Assembly (NCBI GenBank): GCA_001771585.1
Contig: MEUE01000001.1
Coordinates: forward strand, 191,789 to 255,788
Reading direction: 5' to 3'
DNA length: 64,000 bases
Source of the DNA: a candidate division WOR-1 bacterium RIFOXYB2_FULL_46_45
Lineage (GTDB): Bacteria > Margulisbacteria > WOR-1 > XYC2-FULL-46-14
Below the pieces are notes generated by a model. That model did no database searches. It was not told the DNA's origin and saw only the letters and a program-made list of their open reading frames with translations. The position numbers were made by a program, and so were the translations under genes. Shown in pieces: positions 26,700 to 36,804 of this stretch (position 1 is its first letter; each line of letters starts with the position of its first letter).

Positions 26700-28036
26700 T
26701 CTAACCGTTCCCTAAACTTATTAAAAATCAAATAATACCCATAAGCCGCAAAAATACAAAGAAAAGGTTGAATAGGATAACGATAAACCAAGCCATCATC
26801 AACAACGGTAAAACCATGAAAAATAATATAATATACAATAAAAGCAATCAACAAACCTGAGGCTTGCCATTGTTTCTTTAAAGCTAAAAACATTCCACAA
26901 AAAGATGCCGGAAAAATAAATAGCCAAGTTAATGTTTTATATATTTTTGCTTGTGGTTGCATTTGCGATGTAAAAGGAGATAAATACTTAATAAACCGGA
27001 TTGAACTCTTAATGATAAATTCTTTAGGGTTACGAGCAACAAAACCGACAAATGTCGTTAGATAAGGCAAAGAGGATGAATTAGACATTATGATTGGATA
27101 AATATGAGAATTAGGGTAGTCAACAAATATTGCACCTGCCTCATCGGTTAAAACGGTAAAATCATTAAATACAACAGCATTACGTATAGCCCAAGCCGAT
27201 AAAATTATTGCAAAAGAAAACAACAATACCAACAACCATAGAACGATGCTTCTTTTTTCTTGTTCCCAACAAAATAATTTCCAAACAATAATAAGTGGCA
27301 CAAAAAAAAGCAAGGTCAACCGAGTTAAACATGCCATTCCTAAAAATACTCCAATTAGCAGGGCAAAGGTTTTCTTTTGATTAGAATCTTTTTTTAATAA
27401 AAACCAAAAACTCAAAGTTAATAAAAAAATAAAAAGGGTTTCTACTCGCATTTTATTGGTCCAAAGTATTAATTCTGGGTATAAAGCAACCATAAAAGCA
27501 GATGCAACTGCAACCTTATCATTAAATATCCCCTTTGCGATAGAATATATCAAACAACAAGTTAGACTGCTTAACAATATTTGCGGCAAAAACCAAGCTA
27601 ATGTGTTTAGCCCAAAAGCATAAATGCATAATGCTAAAAATATTGGGTATAAGGGGGGGACTAATTTATGCTTAAAAAAATCGCCCTTATAAAGCTCTTT
27701 TTTGTGTGCCCTTCCGGTAAAAACATGTTTTGAGTTAATTTGCCCAAGCTCCGGAGAACTATTGTCATATTTTTCGAATTCTTGAATATTAACTGCGTAT
27801 CCATGCCCCTCAATTAATGATTTTGCGGTAAGAACATATGTTAACTCATCGCTATCAGCATTTTTAAAGAAATCATCTCCATAACGAATAAAAACCCTTG
27901 ATTCGTTGCTATCCGTTATATATGGCTGATCAAAACATGTTGTTCTAATAATAGGTAAAACAACCCGAATTAACATTGAAAACACAAAAATTATCAATAA
28001 AATTTTTATTTGGTTACTATTTGTTTTACTTATCAT
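26696..28036 (-). CDS. GT-C (ArnT/PMT-like) membrane glycosyltransferase
   Basis: Multi-TM; DSDELTY acidic loop, PPLYPIFLA, ALYPELI, ETLFIFL, LTR, YRYPIQPFL. Confidence 0.75.
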   Translation of the reverse strand: MISKTNSNQIKILLIIFVFSMLIRVVLPIIRTTCFDQPYITDSNESRVFIRYGDDFFKNADSDELTYVLTAKSLIEGHGYAVNIQEFEKYDNSSPELGQINSKHVFTGRAHKKELYKGDFFKHKLVPPLYPIFLALCIYAFGLNTLAWFLPQILLSSLTCCLIYSIAKGIFNDKVAVASAFMVALYPELILWTNKMRVETLFIFLLTLSFWFLLKKDSNQKKTFALLIGVFLGMACLTRLTLLFFVPLIIVWKLFCWEQEKRSIVLWLLVLLFSFAIILSAWAIRNAVVFNDFTVLTDEAGAIFVDYPNSHIYPIIMSNSSSLPYLTTFVGFVARNPKEFIIKSSIRFIKYLSPFTSQMQPQAKIYKTLTWLFIFPASFCGMFLALKKQWQASGLLIAFIVYYIIFHGFTVVDDGLVYRYPIQPFLCIFAAYGYYLIFNKFRERLE

Positions 28037-28043
28037 TTCAAAC

Positions 28044-29093
28044 TTAATGTCGCTTTAATAAAAATTTTTTATGGGCGTCTAAAGTTGCTAAGACGCGGCT
28101 CTTGATAATCTTGCGCTTCATTGTTACAGCCATAGAAACAAGAGGTTTAAATCTCCCCAAAACATAACAGATATTCAAGATTCTTTGACCATATCCGAAT
28201 TTAAGCGCTTTATCCTTAAATGTGGCCCATTGTTTATCATTATCAATAAAAGAAGTGGCATTAATAATCGTGTACCAGGGATGTTCACGCATCATAACCC
28301 CAAAAAAAGAATCTTTCATCTTAAGATCGTCAGATAAATATTTATTTGCCAAATGCCAATAACCATCAAAGTCAAGCAGGAATTTTCCTACTAGTCCGTT
28401 GGCATTTTGAAAACTTACATTATCACTACGCCATAACGCCAGAGAATCTCTAATATATTTCAGTCTGCATTTTCGTTTAATAAAAGAGAGCAACACCGAA
28501 GCGCTTGCATACGCCGATCCATCAAATTCTTCAAGGAATCCAGTCTTGTTCCATTCTTCGCGGCGAAATACAATTGAGCTCCAAAAACTAAAAAGCGCAC
28601 CGATAGAATTCGCCTTATTACAATATTCTACAAAGTCACTTTTATTGTGAAGATTAAAAATTCTATCGCGAATTTTCCTCGAAAGCCAAAAACGTTGCCT
28701 AATAGGACGCATCTGCAAATCACAAGCAGTTATATTGCAAAGATATATCTCGCAACCGGTTTTAATCTCTTTGAGCATCCTCTCGATCGCTCCCGTCTTA
28801 AGCATGTCGTCATCTGAAAACAACCAACAATACTCGCCTCGTGCCAGTTCAACCGCCGTTGCCATATCCCTATCCACGCCGCCGTTTTTCTCAAGCCGAC
28901 GATAAACTATATTGTTGAATTTTTTTTGATATTGCCCTACCACCTCCGTCGTATTATCAGTTGACGCTCCATCCACAACAACTATTTCAACATTATCACC
29001 CGCCTGAGAAATTATGCTATCGAGAGCTTCACCAATAAAATCAGCACGATTGCGAGTAGTGATACAAAATGACAATTGTATTTTATTCTGCAT
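28044..29093 (-). CDS. GT2, RfbV/abequosyltransferase-like
   Basis: CITTRNRADFIGEALDSI, VDGASTDNT, NGGVDRD, GEYCWLFSDDD, SIGALFSFWSSIVF. Confidence 0.8.
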   Translation of the reverse strand: MQNKIQLSFCITTRNRADFIGEALDSIISQAGDNVEIVVVDGASTDNTTEVVGQYQKKFNNIVYRRLEKNGGVDRDMATAVELARGEYCWLFSDDDMLKTGAIERMLKEIKTGCEIYLCNITACDLQMRPIRQRFWLSRKIRDRIFNLHNKSDFVEYCNKANSIGALFSFWSSIVFRREEWNKTGFLEEFDGSAYASASVLLSFIKRKCRLKYIRDSLALWRSDNVSFQNANGLVGKFLLDFDGYWHLANKYLSDDLKMKDSFFGVMMREHPWYTIINATSFIDNDKQWATFKDKALKFGYGQRILNICYVLGRFKPLVSMAVTMKRKIIKSRVLATLDAHKKFLLKRH

Positions 29094-30063
29094 TTTTTTC
29101 TAGGTCGGCCTCAACCATAAGCTTAACCAATTTATCGATTTTGAATTTTGGATCAAATCCAAATGTCTTTCTAGCCTTAGTTATATCGCCAACTAGCGAT
29201 GATGTTTTTGTCGGCCGCAAAAGTTTTTGATCCGTTACAACATAATTATCCGGTTTAAGATTTACAACCGCAAAGGCCTTCTCAACCCATTCCCCAACAG
29301 AATGTGCCTCACCAGTAGCAATTACAAAATCATCGGGCTTATCCAACTGCAATATCCGCCAGGCCGTTTCCATATATTCCCGCGCGTATCCCCAATCAAT
29401 ACAAGCCGACATGTCCCCCAAAATAAGTTTGTCTTGTTTCCCACAGGCTATTTTTGCAACAGCTCGGGTAACCTTGCGGGTTAAATACTCCGGGGTACGC
29501 CGGGGAGACTCGTGGTTATATAAAATAGCAGTTGAAGCAAATATTCCAAAGGCCTGACGGTAATAACGAGTCAGGTAAAAAGCCATGGCTTTTGCACAAG
29601 CATAAGGGCTTTGAGGATTAAACGGAGTATTCTCATTTTGTTTGATACTATCTGTTAAGCCAAACATATTTGACGTGCAGGGCTGAAAATACCGGATTGT
29701 ACGATCAATCTGACGGATAATCTCTAAAATTCGACCAACCGCCGCTCCGGTAATATCCGCCGAATAACCGACCATGTCATAACTCCAGCTCACATGATCC
29801 TGATCTGCCTCATTGTATATTTCCTGCGGCCTGACAGCATTAATAATCCGATAAAGAGAGGTAGGATCAGCCAAATCTCCCCGTTGAAGAAAAAAATTCT
29901 TGCCAAAAATTTTGGGGTCTTCAATAAGATGATCGATATTACGAGTGTTTCCAGTTGCTGATCGGCGTATCATCCCGTGTACTTCATACCCCTTTTCAAG
30001 CAATATCTCTGCCAAATAACTGCCATCCTGCCCCGTAACACCTAAAACCAATGCTCTCTTCAT
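29083..30063 (-). CDS. GMD-like SDR paralogue with a divergent active site
   Basis: [38 protein letters not shown] are retained, but QPCTSNMFG replaces QASTSEMFG. Confidence 0.85.
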   Translation of the reverse strand: MKRALVLGVTGQDGSYLAEILLEKGYEVHGMIRRSATGNTRNIDHLIEDPKIFGKNFFLQRGDLADPTSLYRIINAVRPQEIYNEADQDHVSWSYDMVGYSADITGAAVGRILEIIRQIDRTIRYFQPCTSNMFGLTDSIKQNENTPFNPQSPYACAKAMAFYLTRYYRQAFGIFASTAILYNHESPRRTPEYLTRKVTRAVAKIACGKQDKLILGDMSACIDWGYAREYMETAWRILQLDKPDDFVIATGEAHSVGEWVEKAFAVVNLKPDNYVVTDQKLLRPTKTSSLVGDITKARKTFGFDPKFKIDKLVKLMVEADLEKNAE

Positions 30064-30494
30064 TATCTGCCCCCAAAAGACTTGATATTAAATCCGGAAG
30101 GGAGCTCTTTTGCAAATTGGAACGCCCCACTCTGATTATCCAATTTAATCGGCTGTTTGTCATTAATAACTGCTTCAAAAACAACGCTGACGGAATGATA
30201 GCCAAAAGGCAAACCAAAAGGATTTACCCCTTCTACCAACTCAAAACAACCGATGGGCCGCACGTTGTTGATCTGTAGCCCTGTTTCTTGCTTAACCTTG
30301 CGGACTGCCGCTTCTTCCAACGTTTCTCCTTTGAGTACCCTGCCGCCAATAACCCACCATTCATCTTTTTTCGGCTCATTATTGCGTTTAACCAACAAGT
30401 ATTCTCCCTGGAGATTTTTAATAACTATGTCCGCGCAAAGAATCGGCAAATTTCTTAAAATATCGATATACTTATCGGTCGGAATTAAACTCAC
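30063..30494 (-). CDS. GDP-mannose mannosyl hydrolase-like NUDIX protein
   Basis: LPILCADIVI, LLVKRNNEPKKDEWWVIGGRVLKGETLEEAAVRKVKQETG; GTG start overlapping the upstream stop (GTGA). Confidence 0.85.
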   Translation of the reverse strand: MSLIPTDKYIDILRNLPILCADIVIKNLQGEYLLVKRNNEPKKDEWWVIGGRVLKGETLEEAAVRKVKQETGLQINNVRPIGCFELVEGVNPFGLPFGYHSVSVVFEAVINDKQPIKLDNQSGAFQFAKELPSGFNIKSFGGR

Positions 30495-31699
30495 GACACC
30501 ACCCGAAATTCCGGAAGAGGAACAATAAATTTTCCTCCACGAGAACGCCACTCCGCTTCACGCTTATAGAATTCATCAAAAAAAGCCCAAGGCAACACCA
30601 GGAAGTAATCCGGATTGGCTTTTCGTGCCTCTTCTTCGGAGACGATCGGGATCCACGACCCAATGGTATATTTCCCCCATTTCTCCGGGCTGCGCTCGGC
30701 AGCTGCTGCAATCAACTTATTGTCTAATCCATAATATTGAAGAATTACGTTTCCTTTTGTAGAAGCGCCGTAAACATATATTTTTTTGCCTTTTGCGGCT
30801 TCCTCTTTAATAAAGTCAACGCATTTCTTGCGGTTATCCTCAAGACGCTTGGCAAAAGCCAGCAAATCATCACGCGTAAATTTTTCTTTATATTTTATAC
30901 CGGTTCCTTTATAATGACGGCAAAAAATCCTGTAACTCCCCCCATTAACGTTGTTTTCTTCAATCTTGAACATCTCAAGGCCATTGGTTTCAAACAGATA
31001 TTTTAGTGAATCAAGCGAATAATATTCCAGATGTTCATGGCAGATATTTCCCAAGTCGTTCTTTTCGATCATCGGTGCCAGACACATCAGCTGGGCGACA
31101 AAAACGCCGTCATCCGTCAATGCGCGGGCCGCATCCTTAATGAATTTATTGGGATCTTCCAAATCGTAAAACATGCCGATAGCGGTAATAACTTTAGCTT
31201 TTCCAAAACCCCACCCCTTCGCCAATTCCATATAGCGCTCATAATTCCAAAAATCGTGCATCACATATTTGGTTTTTTGCTTTAACGCGTCTACCAGATT
31301 ATTGGCCGGTTCACATCCTACACGATGAATTCCGGTCGCGGTATATGTTTCTAACATTGTTCCGTCATTCGCGCCGATATCCAATACAACATCCCCGGAT
31401 TTAAGGGACACAATAGATTCAATTTCTTTAGTAATATCCCTCAACGCGAGACGCATTGTGTCTGTCACCCCGGATCTATACCAATAATACCGCGAATACA
31501 ATAATTCTTGCGGAGCGGTGTGACGAAGCTGTAAGAGGGAGCATTTGCCGCACATTACCAGATCAAGCGGTGCCTTTAATCCTTTCCCCACTCTTTCTAA
31601 AGGTACAAAATCATTAATATATTGGTCGCCAACCGAAAAAACATCCTGCAAATCGTTCGATCCGCACAAGCGGCAGGTTTTGCGAGTAATTGTTTCCAC
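30491..31699 (-). CDS. NDP-hexose C-methyltransferase (Zn-binding, TylC3/NovU-like)
   Basis: CRLCG...CGKCSLLQL Zn site, DIGANDG, CHEHLEYYS, YGASTKG, LVLPWAF, GGKFIVPLP. Confidence 0.88.
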   Translation of the reverse strand: METITRKTCRLCGSNDLQDVFSVGDQYINDFVPLERVGKGLKAPLDLVMCGKCSLLQLRHTAPQELLYSRYYWYRSGVTDTMRLALRDITKEIESIVSLKSGDVVLDIGANDGTMLETYTATGIHRVGCEPANNLVDALKQKTKYVMHDFWNYERYMELAKGWGFGKAKVITAIGMFYDLEDPNKFIKDAARALTDDGVFVAQLMCLAPMIEKNDLGNICHEHLEYYSLDSLKYLFETNGLEMFKIEENNVNGGSYRIFCRHYKGTGIKYKEKFTRDDLLAFAKRLEDNRKKCVDFIKEEAAKGKKIYVYGASTKGNVILQYYGLDNKLIAAAAERSPEKWGKYTIGSWIPIVSEEEARKANPDYFLVLPWAFFDEFYKREAEWRSRGGKFIVPLPEFRVVS

Positions 31700-31719
31700 G
31701 TCAGATCTCCTTACCTGTT

Positions 31720-32826
31720 TTATCCTATAATTTTATTCACCGCGGCCACAACTTCGTCAATTTGTCGTTCGGTTAAAGTCATACCCGAAGGCAAATACAA
31801 TCCCTGTCTTGCTATCCGTTCGGTAACAGGATAACTCTCTCCCTTAAATAAATCCAAATCATGTAAAGCCGGCTGTTCGTGCAATCCCAGAAAAAATGGG
31901 CGTGTTCCTATTCCCTCTTTACCCAGTTCTCGCATCATTGTTTCGGCATCTATTCCTAGCGCATTATCCAACTCGATACAATACATCCAATATACCATTT
32001 TTGCCCACGGTTTTTCAATTTGATATTTGATCCCTTTAATCTTACTTAGCCCCTCACGATAATATTCACCCAGTCGTCGCTTAATCCGTACAAACTCTTC
32101 AATCCGCTCCATCTGCGCAACTCCGATAGCGGCCTGCAGATTGGTCATTCGAAAATTATATCCCAACTCGGTGTGGTAAAACCTTTTTTCCGGACGAAAA
32201 CAGAGATTACGATAAGATGCCGCCCGTTCAGCCATTTTGGGATCGGAGGTAAGCACCATCCCTCCTTCACCGGTTGTAATTATTTTGTTGGCATAAAACG
32301 ACCAGGCACTGACATGGCCGATACTTCCGCATTTCTGCCCCTTATACTCTGCCCCGTGAACTTCAGCCGCATCTTCAACAATAACAAGGTTATGTTTCTT
32401 GGCAATCGCCAAGACGGGATCCATGTTTACTGGATGTCCATAGATGTGAACCGGCATAATGGCTTTGGTCTTTGAAGTCAAACGAGATTCAATCTGATTC
32501 ACATCCATATTCCAAGTTTCAGGCTCACAATCAACCAAAACCGGCACTGCACCAAGCCGAATAGCCGCCAAAGCACAGGAGATAATTGTAAAAGACGGCA
32601 TTATCACTTCATCGCCCTTTCCTACCCCAGCAGCAAACAAGGCTGTTTCTAAAGCCGCCGTCCCATTACATACCGCAATGCCATATTTAACTCCAATATA
32701 ATCAGCAAATTTCCGCTCAAATTCGATGACAAACGGCCCATCTGAAGAGATCCAGCCGGTTTCAATGCATTGCGCTAATAATTCCTTTTCGTGGCCATTT
32801 AATAATGGTTGATTAACAGGAATCAT
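31720..32826 (-). CDS. DegT/DnrJ/EryC1/StrS aminotransferase, perosamine-synthase-like
   Basis: GWISSDGPFV, NGTAAL, EDAAEVHG, SFYANKIITTGEGG, GYNFRMTNLQAA; start at MIPVNQP. Confidence 0.9.
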   Translation of the reverse strand: MIPVNQPLLNGHEKELLAQCIETGWISSDGPFVIEFERKFADYIGVKYGIAVCNGTAALETALFAAGVGKGDEVIMPSFTIISCALAAIRLGAVPVLVDCEPETWNMDVNQIESRLTSKTKAIMPVHIYGHPVNMDPVLAIAKKHNLVIVEDAAEVHGAEYKGQKCGSIGHVSAWSFYANKIITTGEGGMVLTSDPKMAERAASYRNLCFRPEKRFYHTELGYNFRMTNLQAAIGVAQMERIEEFVRIKRRLGEYYREGLSKIKGIKYQIEKPWAKMVYWMYCIELDNALGIDAETMMRELGKEGIGTRPFFLGLHEQPALHDLDLFKGESYPVTERIARQGLYLPSGMTLTERQIDEVVAAVNKIIG

Positions 32827-33238
32827 CGGTGCTCCTTTTGCCCTCAAATCTGCCTTTATCTGCTCCTTCAATATACGGACCATTTTTTACTTCGATGATT
32901 TCGGCTTCTTGAAGAACCTCAATTCCATGACCTGCACCGGCAAGCAGAATAGTATCACCCGCAGACAACTTACGGCTCTCTAAAAATTCTTGCTCAAAAG
33001 AGTAAAAATCAATGCGAATTTCTCCGCTTTTTATAAATAAAACTTCTTGTGTGCCTATAGTATTTCTATGGACAGGGTTATGAATATGAGGTGAAATTCG
33101 ATAACCATTAGGACGTGTCATATAACCAAGTTGCAAGGGATATTTATTGGGTGACAAGAACTGAATTCCTTCCTGTTTATGGTCCTTATAAACAATAATA
33201 GCGATAACTGTATCGTTATGAATTATGTTTTCAAGCAT
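32813..33238 (-). CDS. Cupin-fold protein
   Basis: PHIHN...QEVLFIKSG...GAGHG...EVKNGPY metal-binding cupin pattern. Confidence 0.7.
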   Translation of the reverse strand: MLENIIHNDTVIAIIVYKDHKQEGIQFLSPNKYPLQLGYMTRPNGYRISPHIHNPVHRNTIGTQEVLFIKSGEIRIDFYSFEQEFLESRKLSAGDTILLAGAGHGIEVLQEAEIIEVKNGPYIEGADKGRFEGKRSTDDSC

Positions 33239-33246
33239 AAATATAT

Positions 33247-34158
33247 TTAGGCTCGGACAAATCCATGCTCATTTTTTTTATAATCTCTCATCCCATCAAA
33301 TGTCCCTTTTATCACTAAATCATAATGATATTTTTTATTCATCTCGATATAGCGCCCCTTAAATAATATTTTTTGCACTACCCTTATGAGAGCTCTTGTC
33401 ATTATTTGTAAAACAAGGTAGCTGTAGGTAATAAAATTAGCTTTATCATTATTACAACTTTTTGCAAGTACCGCCCCCACCGCATATGCGTATTTATATA
33501 CATAATCAGAAGGAGTAGTGGGAATAGGATGAAAAAACACTAAATCAGGCAAATATAATACTTGTTCCTTTGCCATTATCAATCTAAAAAAAATATCGCT
33601 TTCTTCAGAACCAAAATATTTCGCACCCACCCCAAAATCCTCATCATAATATCCTATTTTTTCAATCACTTTTCTGCTTAATACATGCGCGCTTCCCATA
33701 AAATTCTGAAAATCAATTCGAGTTAAGCTTTTAACGTTGGTGTTGCAAAAAAGGCGCGAGAACGGAACGTTTCGAATAGGATCAATAAGCCGGCCGCAAA
33801 AAGCTCCAACCTTATTATGCGTCATGGTATTCTTTAATAATACGGCAATAAAGTCCTCTTTAACAAAAGCGTCATCATCAATAAAAACAAGATAGTCCCC
33901 CGTGCTTTTTGCAATCGCAAAATTCCTTGCCGCCGATAATCCCACCTTATCAATATAATAAAACCTGGTTATTGCCGGATAGTTAAGTCCTATGTTTTTC
34001 TTTTGCTTTGTTTTTTGGATTACCACTAAAATTTCAATGGGAATATCTTGCTGATGCTCATGCGCTTTCTCGATAGAAGATATGCATTTTTGCAATTCTT
34101 GGTCTCTATCAATTGATGCGATAATAAATGATATTCTCCAAACCGCTTCTTTTATCAT
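33247..34158 (-). CDS. GT2 glycosyltransferase
   Basis: GLSAARNFAI, FIDDDA, GYYDEDFGVG, GSEESD. Confidence 0.85.
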   Translation of the reverse strand: MIKEAVWRISFIIASIDRDQELQKCISSIEKAHEHQQDIPIEILVVIQKTKQKKNIGLNYPAITRFYYIDKVGLSAARNFAIAKSTGDYLVFIDDDAFVKEDFIAVLLKNTMTHNKVGAFCGRLIDPIRNVPFSRLFCNTNVKSLTRIDFQNFMGSAHVLSRKVIEKIGYYDEDFGVGAKYFGSEESDIFFRLIMAKEQVLYLPDLVFFHPIPTTPSDYVYKYAYAVGAVLAKSCNNDKANFITYSYLVLQIMTRALIRVVQKILFKGRYIEMNKKYHYDLVIKGTFDGMRDYKKNEHGFVRA

Positions 34159-35657
34159 TAAGAGCTAACCCTTCTATCCCGTAATCGCTTTTGCCGGTCC
34201 GCTCGTTCCTGAACGTAATAAACCAAAAAAGCAAAAACCAGATCATTAAACACAAAAGTCTTAAAATACTTTTTTATCCCGAGAAATATTCCTTTTGGGT
34301 ATTGCATAAAAAGCGATGAAAGTTTGATTAGATTATGCGGGGAACATATCGGAATAAAAAAATTACGAAGAATATATTTTCGCAAGAATCGCGAGCGTAT
34401 TTTATATAATTCATTTTCAGAAAAATGGATTTGCAGCATCGGCCGCTTTTTTAGGCCCATTTCATCCCTATCGAGATTTTTTATCCAATTGTTTTCTTGA
34501 GACATTTTCATAAGTTCGGTCCCGGGATAGGGAGTAAGAAAATAAGCGCTGACAAAGCTTGGCCTTATTTCTTTCGTTAGTTTTATAGTTGCCTCCACAT
34601 CTTCTTCGGTTTCCGATGGTGATCCGAACATAAAGGTTCCCAGAGTCCTTAATCCTGCTGATTTTGCGCAAGAAAACGCCTTTTTTATTGATACCGCATC
34701 CGAATTTTTCTTTAACGCTTTTAAGACTTTGTCTGAGCCGCTTTCAACGCCAAAGTCCACCTGTACAAACCCTGCTTTTTTCATTAATTTAAACATTGCC
34801 TCGTCGGCGGTCTTAACATGGGCCTGGCATCCAAAAATCAGTTTTATATTATTGCTAATCACTTTTTCACAAAACTCAATGACTCTTTCCTTGTTAAGGG
34901 TAAATGTGTCGTCAATAAACCACACTGCATCTACATGAAAATCTCTAATTAATTGGATAATTTCTTGGATTACATTATCAATGCTTCGATATCTTACTTT
35001 TCGGCCAAAGGTGCATTGGCTTCCGCACCAAATGCATTGAAATGGGCATCCCCGTCCAGTCATAACCGTTGTTGATCTTTCGGTCCATCTTCCGCGAATG
35101 ATCCCGGGAGGCATCAAATAATCGTCAAAATTTAATAGATGCCTTGCGGGAAAAGGTATTTCGTCTAAATTTGATATATAAGGCCTCCCCGGTGTAGCTA
35201 TAAAATTCCGATCTTCATCCCTATAAATTATTCCTTTTGTCCCCTTCCAATCCGTGCCATTGTTAAGATGGACGCATAATTCAAGGAAAGTATATTCCCC
35301 TTCACCAATAACCGCCGCATCTGCGTTTAATTCTAAAATACTTTCTTCGGGAAGCGCGGTAACATGCACTCCTCCAACAACAAAAAAGCTATTTGGTAGT
35401 TTTTCTTTGATTGTTTTTGAAATATACTTGGCTCTTGGCCAATAGTCGGTCAAAACGGTCATGCCAATTATTTCCGGTTGATAATCCAGCATCGCGGGGA
35501 TGCTACGGTCATCATAGGGATAAATATCGAATATTTTTACCTCATATCCGTTCTTCTCGAGTATGGCAGCAATATAAAGGATCCCCAGAGGGGGCATGTT
35601 GCCGGAAAAAGACTCGACACGAGGATTTATCAATGCTATTCTTTTACCGTTTTTCAT
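34158..35657 (-). CDS. B12-binding radical SAM protein
   Basis: PPLGILYIAAIL, VVGGVHVT, GRGCPFQCIWC, DFGVESGSDKVL. Confidence 0.93.
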   Translation of the reverse strand: MKNGKRIALINPRVESFSGNMPPLGILYIAAILEKNGYEVKIFDIYPYDDRSIPAMLDYQPEIIGMTVLTDYWPRAKYISKTIKEKLPNSFFVVGGVHVTALPEESILELNADAAVIGEGEYTFLELCVHLNNGTDWKGTKGIIYRDEDRNFIATPGRPYISNLDEIPFPARHLLNFDDYLMPPGIIRGRWTERSTTVMTGRGCPFQCIWCGSQCTFGRKVRYRSIDNVIQEIIQLIRDFHVDAVWFIDDTFTLNKERVIEFCEKVISNNIKLIFGCQAHVKTADEAMFKLMKKAGFVQVDFGVESGSDKVLKALKKNSDAVSIKKAFSCAKSAGLRTLGTFMFGSPSETEEDVEATIKLTKEIRPSFVSAYFLTPYPGTELMKMSQENNWIKNLDRDEMGLKKRPMLQIHFSENELYKIRSRFLRKYILRNFFIPICSPHNLIKLSSLFMQYPKGIFLGIKKYFKTFVFNDLVFAFLVYYVQERADRQKRLRDRRVSS

Positions 35658-35660
35658 GGT

Positions 35661-36800
35661 TTATCTTTTTAGTAACTCCAGATATTTTGCGACCCATTCT
35701 TCGGGAGAAGGAAATTTTGCAAATTGTTGCCCACTCTTTTCTGAATATATCTCCCAATTATGCTCATTACAAATATAGCATATTTTTCTAAAAGCATCTT
35801 CATAATTATCTAAATTATAATATAAGGCCGAATCATCACACATGCTATAAGCATATGGCAAATTCGGCAAAATTATCGGCAATTCAAAAAACATCGCCTC
35901 CACCAATGGAATACCAAAGGTTTCTGAGCTTGAAGGAAAGAACAAACACAATGATTTTTGATAATATGGGGCTAGCTTTTCGTGAGATAATTCCCCCAGG
36001 TTTTTAATAATATGGCCGAGTTTTTTTGTTTTAATGTCATCTATCAGTTTGTTCGCTTCCCTATTTAAATTAATGTCTATGGTGATGCAAAACTCCAATT
36101 GCATTTTTTCAATGTCTTTTCGGTATTTATCGGCCAAATCCAGCAAAAAACCATAGTTTTTATGCAACGAAAATCGGCTGACATATAAAATCGATTTCCT
36201 TTCCTTAAAAGGAATGCTTGCCTCCCCACCTGATTTCATTGCTAACAACGATTCGCTTATTGAGTTTCTTATTACACGGATAGATTCTTCGGAAACGTTA
36301 TATTTTTTAATGAGCGCGTTTTTCATGAAAAGACTTTCCACCACCACATTGCCGCAACTTAGCGTGGTTAAAAAAAACAATAACCGTTTTATTCTTTCCA
36401 ACATCCTGGATTTAAAACCATATTTTGACAAAAGGACATCGTCCACCAAATGCGGGTGATGACAAAGCACAACTTTTTTGAATAATAACGGGACAACGGA
36501 AAAATTCCCAAAAACCAGAACACCACGAGGCCGCAAGAAAAGCGTTATCATTGGGAATATAATAATATCGTAGAAAAACCTGAATACAATCTTCTTTACG
36601 CCGCGGAAAAATGGAACATAAAAGATTTTTATCCCGTCTTTTTGCTGCGGCTTTAAATCGCCATAAAAAGGTGCCCGGGGCAATATGATTGTAAATTCGT
36701 CATTGACATCTTTCACTTTATGCAAATAAGCAATAAAGGTTTTTGCCAGCATACCGGTACCGGCAGAAGATTGGTTGTAAAAGTTTAATATGTATTTCAT
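35661..36800 (-). CDS. GT4 glycosyltransferase
   Basis: LYVSRFSLHKN, FPSSSETFGIPLVEAM. Confidence 0.88.
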   Translation of the reverse strand: MKYILNFYNQSSAGTGMLAKTFIAYLHKVKDVNDEFTIILPRAPFYGDLKPQQKDGIKIFYVPFFRGVKKIVFRFFYDIIIFPMITLFLRPRGVLVFGNFSVVPLLFKKVVLCHHPHLVDDVLLSKYGFKSRMLERIKRLLFFLTTLSCGNVVVESLFMKNALIKKYNVSEESIRVIRNSISESLLAMKSGGEASIPFKERKSILYVSRFSLHKNYGFLLDLADKYRKDIEKMQLEFCITIDINLNREANKLIDDIKTKKLGHIIKNLGELSHEKLAPYYQKSLCLFFPSSSETFGIPLVEAMFFELPIILPNLPYAYSMCDDSALYYNLDNYEDAFRKICYICNEHNWEIYSEKSGQQFAKFPSPEEWVAKYLELLKR

Positions 36801-36804
36801 ATTT

